From an uncultured Candidatus Bathyarchaeia archaeon (GTDB lineage: Archaea; Thermoproteota; Bathyarchaeia; Bathyarchaeales; Bathyarchaeaceae), in the NCBI GenBank assembly GCA_964510635.1, contig CAZEBS010000008.1, positions 30,331-94,330 of the forward strand: a DNA stretch of 64,000 nucleotides, written 5' to 3'. The position numbers were made by a program, and so were the translations under genes. The notes under the pieces were generated by a model. The model did no database searches. It was given only the letters and a program-made list of their open reading frames with translations, and was not told the DNA's origin. Shown piece after piece: positions 26,768 to 38,745 of the stretch (the first letter of the stretch is position 1; the number at the start of each line of letters is the position of its first letter).

Positions 26768-28312
26768 ATGAAACACGATGCAATATTGGTGCTGGACTTC
26801 GGGGGACAATACTGCAATCTTATAGCCAGAAGAATAAGAGAACACAAAGTGTACTCCGAAATAGTGCCCTGCGACATAACACCTCAAGAAATCAAAGAAA
26901 TGAACAAAACCATGAACGTCAAGGGCATGATCCTGTCAGGAGGCCCATGGAGCGTCTACGAAGAAGGCGCCCCAAAATTTGACCCAAAGATACTAGACAT
27001 GGGCATTCCCATCCTAGGACTGTGTTATGGGCATCAGATGATAGTCTACTTCTCCGGCGGAAAAGTCGAGCCTGGATCGAAAAGAGAATACGGAATAGCC
27101 CACGTCACCATCGACAAGCCGGTGGGCATCCTCAAGGGGCTGGGACCAAAAGAGAAGGTTTGGATGAGTCACGGCGACACAGTTTACGACCTGCCCGAAG
27201 ACTATGAGATGCTGGCATTCACAGAAAGCTGTCCAGTTGCAGCCTACCGCCACAAAACACGGCAGATATACGGGTTCCAGTGGCACCCTGAGGTGGTTCA
27301 CACAGAAAACGGCATGAAAATGCTCCGCAACTTCATCTTTGAGGTATGCAAATGTGAAGCAAACTGGAGACCCGAATCTCTGGTTGACAAGGCAGTTCGA
27401 GAAATCAGGGGCACAGTAGGGGACGCAACCGCAATAATCGGCTTAAGTGGAGGAATAGACTCTAGCGTTGCCACTTTTATGGCTGCTAAAGCTCTTGGTG
27501 AACGGCTTTTGGCGATTTTTGTTGACCATGGGTTCATGCGGTTTGGTGAGGCAGAGTTTGTTGAGGAAACGTTCCAGAAGCGAGGCGTTAACGTTGTTGT
27601 GGTCCGTGCCCAGGAACGTTTTCTGAAGAAGCTTGAGGGCGTCGTTGACCCTGAGAAGAAACGGAAAATCATCGGAAGCGAATTCATCAGAGTCTTTGAG
27701 GAAGCAGCCAAGAAGATAGACGCCGACTATCTCATACAAGGCACCATTTACCCTGACAGAATCGAGTCCGGCTTCAGAAAGCACTCGGACACAATCAAAA
27801 CTCACCATAACGTGGGAGGCTTACCAGAAAAAATAGACTTCAAGGCAATCATTGAGCCCCTACGAGACCTATACAAAGACGAAGTCAGAGCCGTCGCAAA
27901 AAAGATGGGACTCCCAGACAAACTGGTTCATAGACAACCCTTTCCAGGTCCAGGACTGGCAGTCAGAATCATCGGCGCAGTAACAAAAGAGAAAGCTGAA
28001 CTGGTGAGAAAAGCAGACAAAATCGTCACCGACGAAATCGAACTGACTGGACTAGGAGACAGCCTGTGGCAATATTTTGCTGTGCTAACGGAAACGAAGA
28101 GCACTGGAGTGAAGGGTGACTCCAGAGCATACGGCTACACAGTTGCCGTCAGGATTGTGGAAAGCAAGGAAGCCATGACCGCTGGTTTCGCAAGAATTCC
28201 CTACGACGTGCTCGAGAAGATTTCGACCAGAATAACTAACGAACTGCCTCAGGTAACGCGGGTTGTGTACGACATAACACATAAGCCGCCAGCAACAATA
28301 GAATGGGAATAA
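26768..28312 (+). CDS. guaA: GMP synthase (glutamine-hydrolysing), fused GATase plus ATP-pyrophosphatase
   Basis: It has the GATase motifs GLCYGHQ and HPE, the PP-loop SGGIDSS, and the C-terminal dimerisation domain ending ATIEWE. Confidence 0.93.
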   Translation: MKHDAILVLDFGGQYCNLIARRIREHKVYSEIVPCDITPQEIKEMNKTMNVKGMILSGGPWSVYEEGAPKFDPKILDMGIPILGLCYGHQMIVYFSGGKVEPGSKREYGIAHVTIDKPVGILKGLGPKEKVWMSHGDTVYDLPEDYEMLAFTESCPVAAYRHKTRQIYGFQWHPEVVHTENGMKMLRNFIFEVCKCEANWRPESLVDKAVREIRGTVGDATAIIGLSGGIDSSVATFMAAKALGERLLAIFVDHGFMRFGEAEFVEETFQKRGVNVVVVRAQERFLKKLEGVVDPEKKRKIIGSEFIRVFEEAAKKIDADYLIQGTIYPDRIESGFRKHSDTIKTHHNVGGLPEKIDFKAIIEPLRDLYKDEVRAVAKKMGLPDKLVHRQPFPGPGLAVRIIGAVTKEKAELVRKADKIVTDEIELTGLGDSLWQYFAVLTETKSTGVKGDSRAYGYTVAVRIVESKEAMTAGFARIPYDVLEKISTRITNELPQVTRVVYDITHKPPATIEWE

Positions 28313-28348
28313 AAAAGCAACAGTTCTTGTTGAGCTAAAGCTAGAGTT

Positions 28349-29101
28349 TCATGGGTCTGGATTGTATCTTGGAGTTCGGAAACGTCTGCGTTTGCCGAAC
28401 CAGTAACCAATAAAGGCGCCTGTGATTGGAGCTACCATAAAAGAGAATATCATATACTCAACGTTCCAAAATAGTCCTAAGAGGCGCATGTCTAGAAGCC
28501 TAGATAATCCACTGAGAAGGAATCCTACTCCAAAGAAGGCGATTATGTAAGCAAACACCGCCCCACCCACTATATACACGCTCTTAGCTACCGCCAATTG
28601 ACCTCTTCTGGAGAGAACTTCCCGTAGAATGTGGGTAATCATGTAAGTAATGGCTATGGCTGAGACCATTTCAGTTATGCCCTCTTGAACCCCATTCAAG
28701 TCTGTATAACCCAACGAGTAAGACGCCAAAACGAAAACTAACACGCATACGACAAAAAAGGTAGTTTCAATCCAGAAACGCCGCCACCACTTAGGCTTGA
28801 GACCCAACTGTTGACGATTCTGTTCAGGAAACTCCAACAACAAACGCGAAGCAAGAACGCCCCTTTCCGTGAGGGTGTACTGTCCAGCCTCATTCTTGGA
28901 CACGAGGTCGCCGAGAATCTTCAGGCGATAATTCATCTTTCCCGTACTAGTGATTTCCAGCGCCTTCATCAGCTCTACGTAACCGATGCTCTCTTTCTCA
29001 TGGAGCAGAAGTATAATCTTTCGTCGGTTTTCATCCTTCAAGATTTTGTGGAATGAATCAAGTCCTGAACTCATAACAAACCAAATTTGGGTTGTGGGCA
29101 A
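28349..29101 (-). CDS. winged-helix (ArsR-like) domain fused to a multi-TM membrane domain
   Basis: The N-terminus (ILKDENRRKIILLLHEKESIGYVELMKALEITSTGKMNYRLKIL) is an ArsR-type wHTH, followed by about 4 TM helices. Confidence 0.55.
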   Translation of the reverse strand: MPTTQIWFVMSSGLDSFHKILKDENRRKIILLLHEKESIGYVELMKALEITSTGKMNYRLKILGDLVSKNEAGQYTLTERGVLASRLLLEFPEQNRQQLGLKPKWWRRFWIETTFFVVCVLVFVLASYSLGYTDLNGVQEGITEMVSAIAITYMITHILREVLSRRGQLAVAKSVYIVGGAVFAYIIAFFGVGFLLSGLSRLLDMRLLGLFWNVEYMIFSFMVAPITGAFIGYWFGKRRRFRTPRYNPDP

Positions 29102-29244
29102 TTTTAGATTTTCTGACTAAAAAAGTTGTCAAACAACATCCACTAAAACAGGACACATAAAGGGCTAAATGAATGGGCACATTTGATTTTGCATCGAAAT
29201 TTATTAGGAAAAAACGGCAAAGAAGTAGTTGGGGGCAGATTTGA

Positions 29245-29727
29245 GTGGAGCTTAAAATAGTGAAAATTGAGATGCCCGCAGAGTGCAACTTGGTTTTGGG
29301 CACGGCTCATTTTATCAAAACCGTTGAAGACCTTTACGAGGCTTTAGTTAACGCTGTTCCAGGCATCAAATTTGGCATAGGCTTCTGTGAAGCTTCTGGA
29401 CCATGCCTTGTTAGGTCTGAGGGCAACGACATAGAACTGGAGAACCTTGCAAAAGATGTGGCGGCTAGGCTTGGGTGCGGTCACTCCTTCATAGTTTTCC
29501 TCAAAAATGCTTACCCAATTAATGTTCTGGACAAGATTAAGCAGGTGCCTGAAGTCTGCACCATCCATGCGGCAACAGCCAATCCGCTGGAGGTTATAGT
29601 TGCTGAGACAGAGCAGGGCAGAGGAATCATGGGCGTCATCGACGGATTCAAACCAAAGGGAACAGAAACCCCAAAAGACGTTAAAGAAAGAAAAGAGTTC
29701 CTAAGAAAAATTGGCTACAAACTATAA
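29245..29727 (+). CDS. adenosine-specific-kinase-family (PF04008-like) protein
   Basis: It resembles the conserved archaeal family by its recognised pattern: [18 protein letters not shown]...[16 protein letters not shown]...[27 protein letters not shown]. Confidence 0.55.
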   Translation: MELKIVKIEMPAECNLVLGTAHFIKTVEDLYEALVNAVPGIKFGIGFCEASGPCLVRSEGNDIELENLAKDVAARLGCGHSFIVFLKNAYPINVLDKIKQVPEVCTIHAATANPLEVIVAETEQGRGIMGVIDGFKPKGTETPKDVKERKEFLRKIGYKL

Positions 29728-29848
29728 GTTGCCGCTTTCAGCCACAATAATACTATGCGACTGCATTTGGTCTATTGATTGACAAGAACTATTCTGTTCA
29801 ACAAAATATATATGCAAAACTCTGCTGAAATTTGCACGGGAGACTCTT

Positions 29849-30280
29849 GTGGCAGGCGACGAAAAGAGGTTTGGTCATCTAGAAAGGAGGCCAAATTTCG
29901 TTCACATGGCTATTGGCTTAGTTCTAGTGACGAGCGTACTCTCGCTGGATCTTCAGCTGGTCCGTGGACTTGACCCGCCAGCTCTGGTCGCAATCATCCT
30001 CTTCAATTATCTTTTTGTTTTTCTTCTATTCCCACTGGAGGGTCCCTTTTCACGAAAAATATTTCTGCTAATTGTAGGAAACGCTGTAGGCTTTGTTTGG
30101 TACATCATTCAGACATCATTCTTGGATGCTTTTTCCTTCCTGAACACAGAAACCTTCAGGATAATGTTTCTAGTTGCCAAGCCTCTCATCGATTTTGTGT
30201 GGATAGTAGCTGTATGGTCACTTAGCCTGTCGATACTGACATCCTACAAAATTAAAATGGAGGGACTGGAAAAATGTTGA
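29849..30280 (+). CDS. hypothetical 4-TM membrane protein, overlapping the downstream GT2 gene
   Basis: 143 aa and hydrophobic, with a GTG start. Its stop overlaps the GT2 ATG (ATGTTGA). Confidence 0.45.
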   Translation: MAGDEKRFGHLERRPNFVHMAIGLVLVTSVLSLDLQLVRGLDPPALVAIILFNYLFVFLLFPLEGPFSRKIFLLIVGNAVGFVWYIIQTSFLDAFSFLNTETFRIMFLVAKPLIDFVWIVAVWSLSLSILTSYKIKMEGLEKC

Positions 30281-31548
30281 TTTGGGTTCTGAGCATAGCC
30301 TTCATGGGTTTAGCTGCCTTAATCACAGCATACCTTACAAGACATTACCTTTTCACCCTTGCCGCATTATACCACAGCAAGGAGCCGACCCAATCATCTT
30401 CTGAAGAAACATATGAGCCCATGGTTTCGGTTCTTATTCCTGCCCGCAACGAAGAACGGGTAATCGAAAGGATACTCCAAAGGATGACGGAACTGACGTA
30501 CCCTAAAGAAAAATTTGAGGTAATCGTAGTAGATGACGCTTCCACGGACAGAACAGGCGAGAAAGCAAAAATTTTTGACAAAAACCACAAATTTATACAC
30601 GTTATTCAGCGAGACCAAACAGAGGGCGGAAACGGAAAACAGGAAGCCCTGAACTGTGGACTGAAACACGTCTCCGGAGAACTCATCTACTGCTTCGACG
30701 CCGACTACTACCCCCAAAGAGACATCATCGAAAAACTCACAACATGCTTCAAAGACCCAAAAATAGGAGCCGTACAAGGAAGAGTCACAGTTCTAAACGA
30801 GCCTGACAGCCTAGTCACAAGACTTGTTGCCCTAGAAAGAACAGGAGGCTACAGGGTAGACCAGTTCGCCCGAAGCCGGCTGGAACTCATCACCCAATTC
30901 GGCGGAACCGTAGGAGGATTCAGAAGAAGCCTCATAGAACAGCTCGGAGGATGGGACCCAGACATACTCGCAGAAGACACAGACCTAACATTCAGAATCT
31001 ATCTAGCAGGATACAAAATCAAATACGTCAATGGCGCAGACTGCTACGAAGAAGCAGTTAACAATTGGAGATCTTACTGGCGGCAACGCTCCAGATGGGC
31101 AAAAGGGCACATGCAGTGCGCCTTCAGGCACCTATGGCCTGTCATCAGAAGCAAGAATCTAAGCCTACGAGAAAAGGTTGATGGATTCCTGCTTCTTAAC
31201 GTCTATTTTGTTCCCATCTTTGCAGCCTTAGCTTGGATTCTCGGTGCAGTCCTGTTTCTGTTTCAGCCCCTTGCTTGGACAAATTTCGTTTGGATGGTTG
31301 TGCCTATTTCATTCTACAGTTCGGTGGGTAATTTTGCGCCCTTCTTTGAGGTGGGCATAGGCGCGTACCTGGATGGACGGAATAGGATATGCTGGCTGAT
31401 TCCTCTCCTGTTTTTGACGTTCCTGTTAAACGTGCTAATTTGCACAACAGCCTTCATTGACCTGTGCATCTCGAAAATCACAGGAAAAAAGCGCCACACA
31501 TGGACAAAAACAGTCCACAACGGCAACGGAAATAGGCACATCAACTAA
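30274..31548 (+). CDS. family-2 glycosyltransferase, processive beta-glycan-synthase type
   Basis: It has an N-terminal TM helix, the GT-A motifs (VLIPARNEE, VVDDASTD, FDADY, EDTDL), the Q(R/Q)xRW motif WRQRSRWAKG, and C-terminal TM helices. Confidence 0.8.
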   Translation: MLIWVLSIAFMGLAALITAYLTRHYLFTLAALYHSKEPTQSSSEETYEPMVSVLIPARNEERVIERILQRMTELTYPKEKFEVIVVDDASTDRTGEKAKIFDKNHKFIHVIQRDQTEGGNGKQEALNCGLKHVSGELIYCFDADYYPQRDIIEKLTTCFKDPKIGAVQGRVTVLNEPDSLVTRLVALERTGGYRVDQFARSRLELITQFGGTVGGFRRSLIEQLGGWDPDILAEDTDLTFRIYLAGYKIKYVNGADCYEEAVNNWRSYWRQRSRWAKGHMQCAFRHLWPVIRSKNLSLREKVDGFLLLNVYFVPIFAALAWILGAVLFLFQPLAWTNFVWMVVPISFYSSVGNFAPFFEVGIGAYLDGRNRICWLIPLLFLTFLLNVLICTTAFIDLCISKITGKKRHTWTKTVHNGNGNRHIN

Positions 31549-31636
31549 ACCACGCGTAATAAATCAACGGCCAGCACATTTAATTAAAAACATGTCCAAA
31601 ATAGTGTAGACTGAGTTATTGTGGGGTGGCTGCGGA

Positions 31637-32755
31637 ATGGGCGCTCAATACGTGTCATACAAGCCTAAGAAAATCTTGAACACCCACAAGCATGCTGATT
31701 CATGGTTCTGGGACAAATACTCTGCCCACCCCTACATAGGCTGCGAGCACGGCTGCGAATACTGCTACAGCAGAGAAACCAAATACTCGCGATATAGCAA
31801 TCCCGCTGACTTCTCAAAAATCATCAAAATAAAAGAAAATGCCCCAGAGCTATTGAGAAAGGAACTGCCAAAGGTTCCCAAAGACATAGTCATTGTGGGA
31901 GACTACCAGCCCATCGAAGAAAAAACAGAACTAAGCCGCAAAATGCTGCAGGTCATTCTTGCCTTGGATTTTCCAGTATCCCTTTTGGAGAAGTCTCCGC
32001 TGGTTCTAAGAGACCTTGACCTCATAGAAGAAATCAACAAAAAAAGCTGGGCATCGGTAACTTTTTCGATAATAACCACAAAAGACGATGAAACAAGGCA
32101 GCTCTTTGAGCCTGGAGCGCCGTCAACAGTAAGCCGATTCCGTGCCCTCAAAACGTTCGCAGAAAAGGGAATACTGACTGGCGTAGCTTTCATGCCTATC
32201 CTCCCCTTCATTTACGACAATGATGCTAATCTGGAGGCAGTGGTGAAGGCTACAGCAGAAAATGGCGGAAAGTTTGTGCTGGCTGGTGGATTAACTTTGG
32301 CGTCCACCCAACGGGAATGGTATTACAGGGTTCTGGAGAAGCAGTTTCCAGAGCTGATTCCGAAGTATCAGGCGTTGTATGGCGACAATTACGGTCCAGA
32401 ATGTAACTATTCTGGAGAAATAGGCAAGAAGGTGAGCCGCCTATGCCAAAAATACGGCATCAAGGACAGGATGCCACGATATGTTCCCGCAGGACCATAC
32501 GCAGTCAACAAGCGAATATCAGAAAGACTACAAAACAAGGTCTACCACATGGAACTAGACTGCACATCACAATACAAGCTATGGGCATACAGAAAAGCTG
32601 CATGGGCACTAGAGGACCTGACCGAAAGCGTAGCAGAAATATACGTCAAAAAAGGGAGAGCAGGTTTGGAAAGCATCCAGGGTGTTGGAAAATCTTTGGC
32701 TAACGAGATTGCGCATCAACTAGAAGAAAGCGGAGAGGGCTGTTTTGAATCGTAA
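31637..32755 (+). CDS. COG1533-type radical-SAM 'DNA repair photolyase' (SplB-like) with a C-terminal PolX-like helix-hairpin-helix module
   Basis: The radical-SAM motif is PYIGCEHGCEYCYSRE. The C-terminal 70 aa or so (KLWAYRKAAWALEDLTESVAEIY...LESIQGVGKSLANEIAHQLEESG) resemble the N-terminal 8-kDa/HhH domain of family-X polymerases. The track ORF starts at TTG 31619, and the in-frame ATG at 31637 is preferred. Confidence 0.7.
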   Translation: MGAQYVSYKPKKILNTHKHADSWFWDKYSAHPYIGCEHGCEYCYSRETKYSRYSNPADFSKIIKIKENAPELLRKELPKVPKDIVIVGDYQPIEEKTELSRKMLQVILALDFPVSLLEKSPLVLRDLDLIEEINKKSWASVTFSIITTKDDETRQLFEPGAPSTVSRFRALKTFAEKGILTGVAFMPILPFIYDNDANLEAVVKATAENGGKFVLAGGLTLASTQREWYYRVLEKQFPELIPKYQALYGDNYGPECNYSGEIGKKVSRLCQKYGIKDRMPRYVPAGPYAVNKRISERLQNKVYHMELDCTSQYKLWAYRKAAWALEDLTESVAEIYVKKGRAGLESIQGVGKSLANEIAHQLEESGEGCFES

Positions 32756-33491
32756 ATGGGCAAGAAGCACAGCAGAAAGACTTGTTGACGCCATAAACAG
32801 GGAAGACCAAGAAGAGTTCTGGAGCCTCTTGAATCCAGTTTTAGATGCCAAAGTTCCGTTTCCCCTCCTTGACGAAATAGGGAGACTCCTAGGCGAGGCA
32901 GGAAAACATGACCCATCAAGGTATTTTGGAGTATTCGACACGATAATTGCATCGGATAAGATGGGCGGATACGTAATTGTTGGTCAGGCTCTATCCGCCT
33001 TCTTGGAAACAGAACTTGAAGCAAGCATAAACAAGGCAACAGAAACCGTTACGAAAGGACAGAAGTGGTACGTCTGCGACATTGTAGGAGAACGAGTCCT
33101 TGGTCAAGCCCTTGTAGACTATTTCGAGTCCGCAATCCCGGTGTTAACGCGCAAGACCGCATTAGAGGAGCAGGAGGTTAGACGCAGCATCGGGGTTGCC
33201 GTTCACTTCTTCGCCAAAAGAAGACCAAAAGACATTGAAAGAATGAAGCAACTGCTGCAGCTTCTGGCTTTTATGGTTGAGGATAGGCGGGTTTTTGTTG
33301 TGAAGGGAGTGGGTTGGGGGCTGAAAACCATTGGGAAACATCAGCCCAAGCTTGTTGAAGATTTTCTGAAAGAAATTTTGGAGACTAAAAGGATTTCCAA
33401 GCTGATGCTGCGAAAGGCTACAACATACATGGACGAGAAAACTAAAGAGAAGCTTGTGGAATGTTGGGAGAATAAAAATTGGAGTAAATAA
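32745..33491 (+). CDS. HEAT-repeat protein, DNA-alkylation-repair (AlkD/PF08713)-like
   Basis: It is all-helical, with VKGVGWGLKTIGKHQPKLVEDFLKE... resembling the AlkD-family GYGWMLRE region seen in 46956..47660. It overlaps the radical-SAM gene by 11 nt. Confidence 0.5.
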   Translation: MNRKWARSTAERLVDAINREDQEEFWSLLNPVLDAKVPFPLLDEIGRLLGEAGKHDPSRYFGVFDTIIASDKMGGYVIVGQALSAFLETELEASINKATETVTKGQKWYVCDIVGERVLGQALVDYFESAIPVLTRKTALEEQEVRRSIGVAVHFFAKRRPKDIERMKQLLQLLAFMVEDRRVFVVKGVGWGLKTIGKHQPKLVEDFLKEILETKRISKLMLRKATTYMDEKTKEKLVECWENKNWSK

Positions 33492-33655
33492 CTGTTTAGG
33501 CATAAAATATTGAATTAATTCGAAAAAATGCTTATTATGCATAAAGTTCAGGTTTTTTTAACAGTTGATAAATATGGGAAATTGGTAATATTTATATGGA
33601 ATGATGCCTAACGAAATGTTATAGACTTGTAGACCATATAATAAAAATGAGGTGA

Positions 33656-35824
<2,169 letters not shown>

Positions 35825-35840
35825 TACTGAGCTACCGCGC

Positions 35841-35872
35841 GGGGAAACTTTCCCCATTTTTCTCTCTTTTTT
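35841..35872 (+). terminator. hairpin plus T-tract downstream of cdc48
   Basis: GGGGAAActTTCCCC is followed by ATTTTTCTCTCTTTTTTG, beginning 17 nt after the stop codon. Confidence 0.5.
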
Positions 35873-36044
35873 GTTAATTCGGTTTTTTTGTAAAATAGAA
35901 TTTTTGACGAGAATTGATGTTTTAGCCGCTTCAGAGGACTTTAGAAAACTAACCGACTAACAGGAAAAACAAAAATTAATCCAGTAGGACTTGGGGTTTG
36001 AACTTAACCCACAACCCGAAAGCTGAAATATCAACTAAAGAGGA

Positions 36045-36434
36045 TTGTCTAAAGGTTGTGATTTTGTTATGGATGATGTGAGAATAATCCTTGCAGGATT
36101 ATGGGTAGCTCTTATGTTAGTTTATCTTTTGGGAGATGTGATGCGAATATTTGCAGGTGACTTTACATCAGGACAAGTAGGAGGAGTAAAAATGACTCAG
36201 AGCATGTTGATGTTAATGGCAATAATAATGTTGATTCCGAGTGTTATGCTTTTCTTGTCTCTAACGTTAACCTATCCTTTAATTCGTTGGTTAAACATCA
36301 TCGTACCCATAGGTTTGTTTATTTTTAATATCGTTGGATTGCCTGGTTACCCTGGAGCTTATGACAAATTCTTGATAATTGTTGGACTTGGGTGGAATGT
36401 GCTAACTATTTGGTATGCATGGCAATGGGTCTAA
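36045..36434 (+). CDS. hypothetical 4-TM membrane protein
   Basis: A 129-aa hydrophobic ORF. The alternative ATG at 36069 gives MDDVRIILAGLW. Confidence 0.45.
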   Translation: MSKGCDFVMDDVRIILAGLWVALMLVYLLGDVMRIFAGDFTSGQVGGVKMTQSMLMLMAIIMLIPSVMLFLSLTLTYPLIRWLNIIVPIGLFIFNIVGLPGYPGAYDKFLIIVGLGWNVLTIWYAWQWV

Positions 36435-36476
36435 ACAGGAAGGTTAGCAGCTCATCTTTTTCATGCCTGCAGTTCA

Positions 36477-37559
36477 TTATTTATTCAGGCTATCTTTCAA
36501 AACAACATTTATCAATAATTCCTCGTATCTCTCTTTTTCTTCAATCATTGGCATATGCCCTGATTTTTCAAAAATGAATAGTTTTTTACCTTTTTCAGCA
36601 TCTAAATTGTCATAAAATTTCTCAACAACAACTGTGGGAGTAGTCACATCATATTTGCCTTCAAAGAAGTATATGGGAACTTTAACAGATTGTATTTCTT
36701 TTGTAATGTCGACGTTTTTCAATTCTTCCCACATTGCATTAATAGTAAAATCAAATCCTTTATTTCTGAATGTTCTGATTCCTTCTGATAATGAGTATTC
36801 TGGCGAAGTTAAAAAGTTTAAAGCTGACATTATCAGATCCTTCATAGACTTACTGTGCAAAAATCCTCCATAGTGTCCAATATGCCCCTCCATTTCTAGG
36901 AACTCTTTCGGTGATTCATAAGGTGGTGGGCCTATTGCTTTTACTGCTTTTTGCTCTTTTACATCTCCGGATTTTTCAGCCTCGTCAACTAAAAAATTGT
37001 ATGATATTTTTTGTTGTTCATATTCGTTTATAACTTGTGCCACTCCGACATAAGAGTGAATTTTCTCAGGAAATTTATGTGCAATTTTAATTCCGATTAC
37101 CGTTCCCCCTGAATGCGCAACAATAAAAACTTTTTGAGTGCGAAATCTATTTCGTAAATAATCAATTAACTCATTACAATCCTCAACAAATCTATCTAAG
37201 GTCATCGCATCAACTGGGATATCACTATTAAATGATTTGCCAGCCCCTCGTTGGTCCCAATGAACTATTGTAAAATGTTTAATTAATTCTGTATCATATT
37301 TACGCGAACTTGACATCCCAAATAAAGGTGCACCAGGACCACCGTGTAAAAATAATAAAATTGGATTATTCTGGTCTGTACCTCTGATGAATATCCATTG
37401 TTTTAAATCACCAAGCGTAATCTCCTCTAATGAGCTTATACCATTAGATGTTTCTATTCTGGTCGAATATTTCAGATAGTTCTTATACAATAATAACCCG
37501 ATATAGAGAAACAAGAAAAATCCTGCTATGGATACAATAATTACTAAAAATATATTCAA
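36477..37559 (-). CDS. alpha/beta hydrolase (proline-iminopeptidase-like) with an N-terminal TM anchor
   Basis: It has the oxyanion HGGPG motif and the nucleophile elbow VAHSGGT. The N-terminus IFLVIIVSIAGFFLFLYIGLLLY is a TM helix. Confidence 0.75.
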   Translation of the reverse strand: MNIFLVIIVSIAGFFLFLYIGLLLYKNYLKYSTRIETSNGISSLEEITLGDLKQWIFIRGTDQNNPILLFLHGGPGAPLFGMSSSRKYDTELIKHFTIVHWDQRGAGKSFNSDIPVDAMTLDRFVEDCNELIDYLRNRFRTQKVFIVAHSGGTVIGIKIAHKFPEKIHSYVGVAQVINEYEQQKISYNFLVDEAEKSGDVKEQKAVKAIGPPPYESPKEFLEMEGHIGHYGGFLHSKSMKDLIMSALNFLTSPEYSLSEGIRTFRNKGFDFTINAMWEELKNVDITKEIQSVKVPIYFFEGKYDVTTPTVVVEKFYDNLDAEKGKKLFIFEKSGHMPMIEEKERYEELLINVVLKDSLNK

Positions 37560-37628
37560 AGCATTTTTCCCTTTATTAACGGCAATTGTTACTTTTCATA
37601 AAAGAGTCTTTGGGTTTGGGATTAGAAT

Positions 37629-38390
37629 TTAACTGTTACTCATATTTCTTCTTAAGATTAAAACCAATAATGCTATAGTAACTGATGCCACAAAGACAGC
37701 TAATGCTGAGAATTCAGGTATCACGGTTGGGTTAAGGAATATAGTTCTATTCACCTGAGAAGAACTAGTGTGGCCACTGCTACCTCCGCTACTTCCTCTT
37801 CCATTTGAATCCCAAACAATAATCAATGTATATGATTCATCTACATTCCAATCTATGTCCGATCCGGCTGAATCTCCGCTACTCAACGGCTTTTTCAACT
37901 CGATGGTGACAAGGTTTGAGGTTCCTACATTTATTATACCTACTCCATCCTGTGTTGTGTCAGAAGTTATGCTTCCAAAACCACCAAATAATATGTCACG
38001 ATATTCATTTGCGCCAATTCCATCATGACCGAAAATAGCTCCATCAGCGCCAGAAGACATGTGAGTTGTTTTTTCGAATTGGATTCCTACCCAAGGATTG
38101 GAAGAGTCGGCAGTAAATTCAATAGCTATGTACAAGTAGGTTCCGTCATGTTTTGTCCATATCTCAGCTGTTCCTGTCGGTTCTATGGAGGTGCTAGGAT
38201 AGTTACCTGCGTCGTCCCATTCGCTACCAATTACTCCATCGATTTCCACATCGGATATGCTGCTACCCATAAAGGAGTCAAAGTCGAATTGAGCATAAAT
38301 CGGAACAATTAATGAAACTAATATTGTCGCCAACAATATTGCAGAACTGATACCTAACTTGATAATGTGAAGGTTATTAGTAAAAAACAT
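37629..38390 (-). CDS. secreted protein (possible DOMON/carbohydrate-binding-like beta-sandwich) with a PEF-CTERM anchor
   Basis: It has a signal or anchor peptide at the N-terminus, a Ser/Gly-rich linker (GRGSSGGSSGHTSSS), and the C-terminus VIPEFSALAVFVASVTIALLVLILRRN. Confidence 0.6.
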   Translation of the reverse strand: MFFTNNLHIIKLGISSAILLATILVSLIVPIYAQFDFDSFMGSSISDVEIDGVIGSEWDDAGNYPSTSIEPTGTAEIWTKHDGTYLYIAIEFTADSSNPWVGIQFEKTTHMSSGADGAIFGHDGIGANEYRDILFGGFGSITSDTTQDGVGIINVGTSNLVTIELKKPLSSGDSAGSDIDWNVDESYTLIIVWDSNGRGSSGGSSGHTSSSQVNRTIFLNPTVIPEFSALAVFVASVTIALLVLILRRNMSNS

Positions 38391-38745
38391 AACTAAAAGA
38401 TTGATTTTACGGAATTTAAGGATTGATTAAAAACTGTCCCTTAAGCCTTTATTTGAGTTTTCATTCTTTGGGTTGGAGTAAAATTTAACCCCAAACCTGT
38501 ATAGGCTTCTCAGCTCACCCATTTTGTGGATATAAGTAATGAAAGATATAATATTGAAAAAACTATGGTCCCTACAATTATTTGGCTAAAACTCATAATT
38601 AGCGCTAGTATGTAGGAAATCACTGCAAGTATCCACAGGTGATACACTTTAATTTTCATCTTTTTCACTGCTTTTTACTAATTACATTTCTGGCTCAATA
38701 CTAATATGTGAAAGTTGAGCAAACTCTTCTCCAGTACATTATTAA

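Noticed and set aside
26768-28312. The fused (single-polypeptide) GMP synthase as an anomaly for an archaeon
   Set aside because: Both split and fused GuaA forms occur among archaea, so this is not unusual enough to report.
38510-38659. A 49-aa hydrophobic minus-strand ORF (MKIKVYHLWILAVISYILALIM...) in the spacer between the PEF-CTERM gene and citrate synthase. A similar 39-aa TM ORF lies at 4222-4341
   Set aside because: They are supported only by being open and hydrophobic. With no RBS, promoter or homology evidence, they are too weak to list as features.
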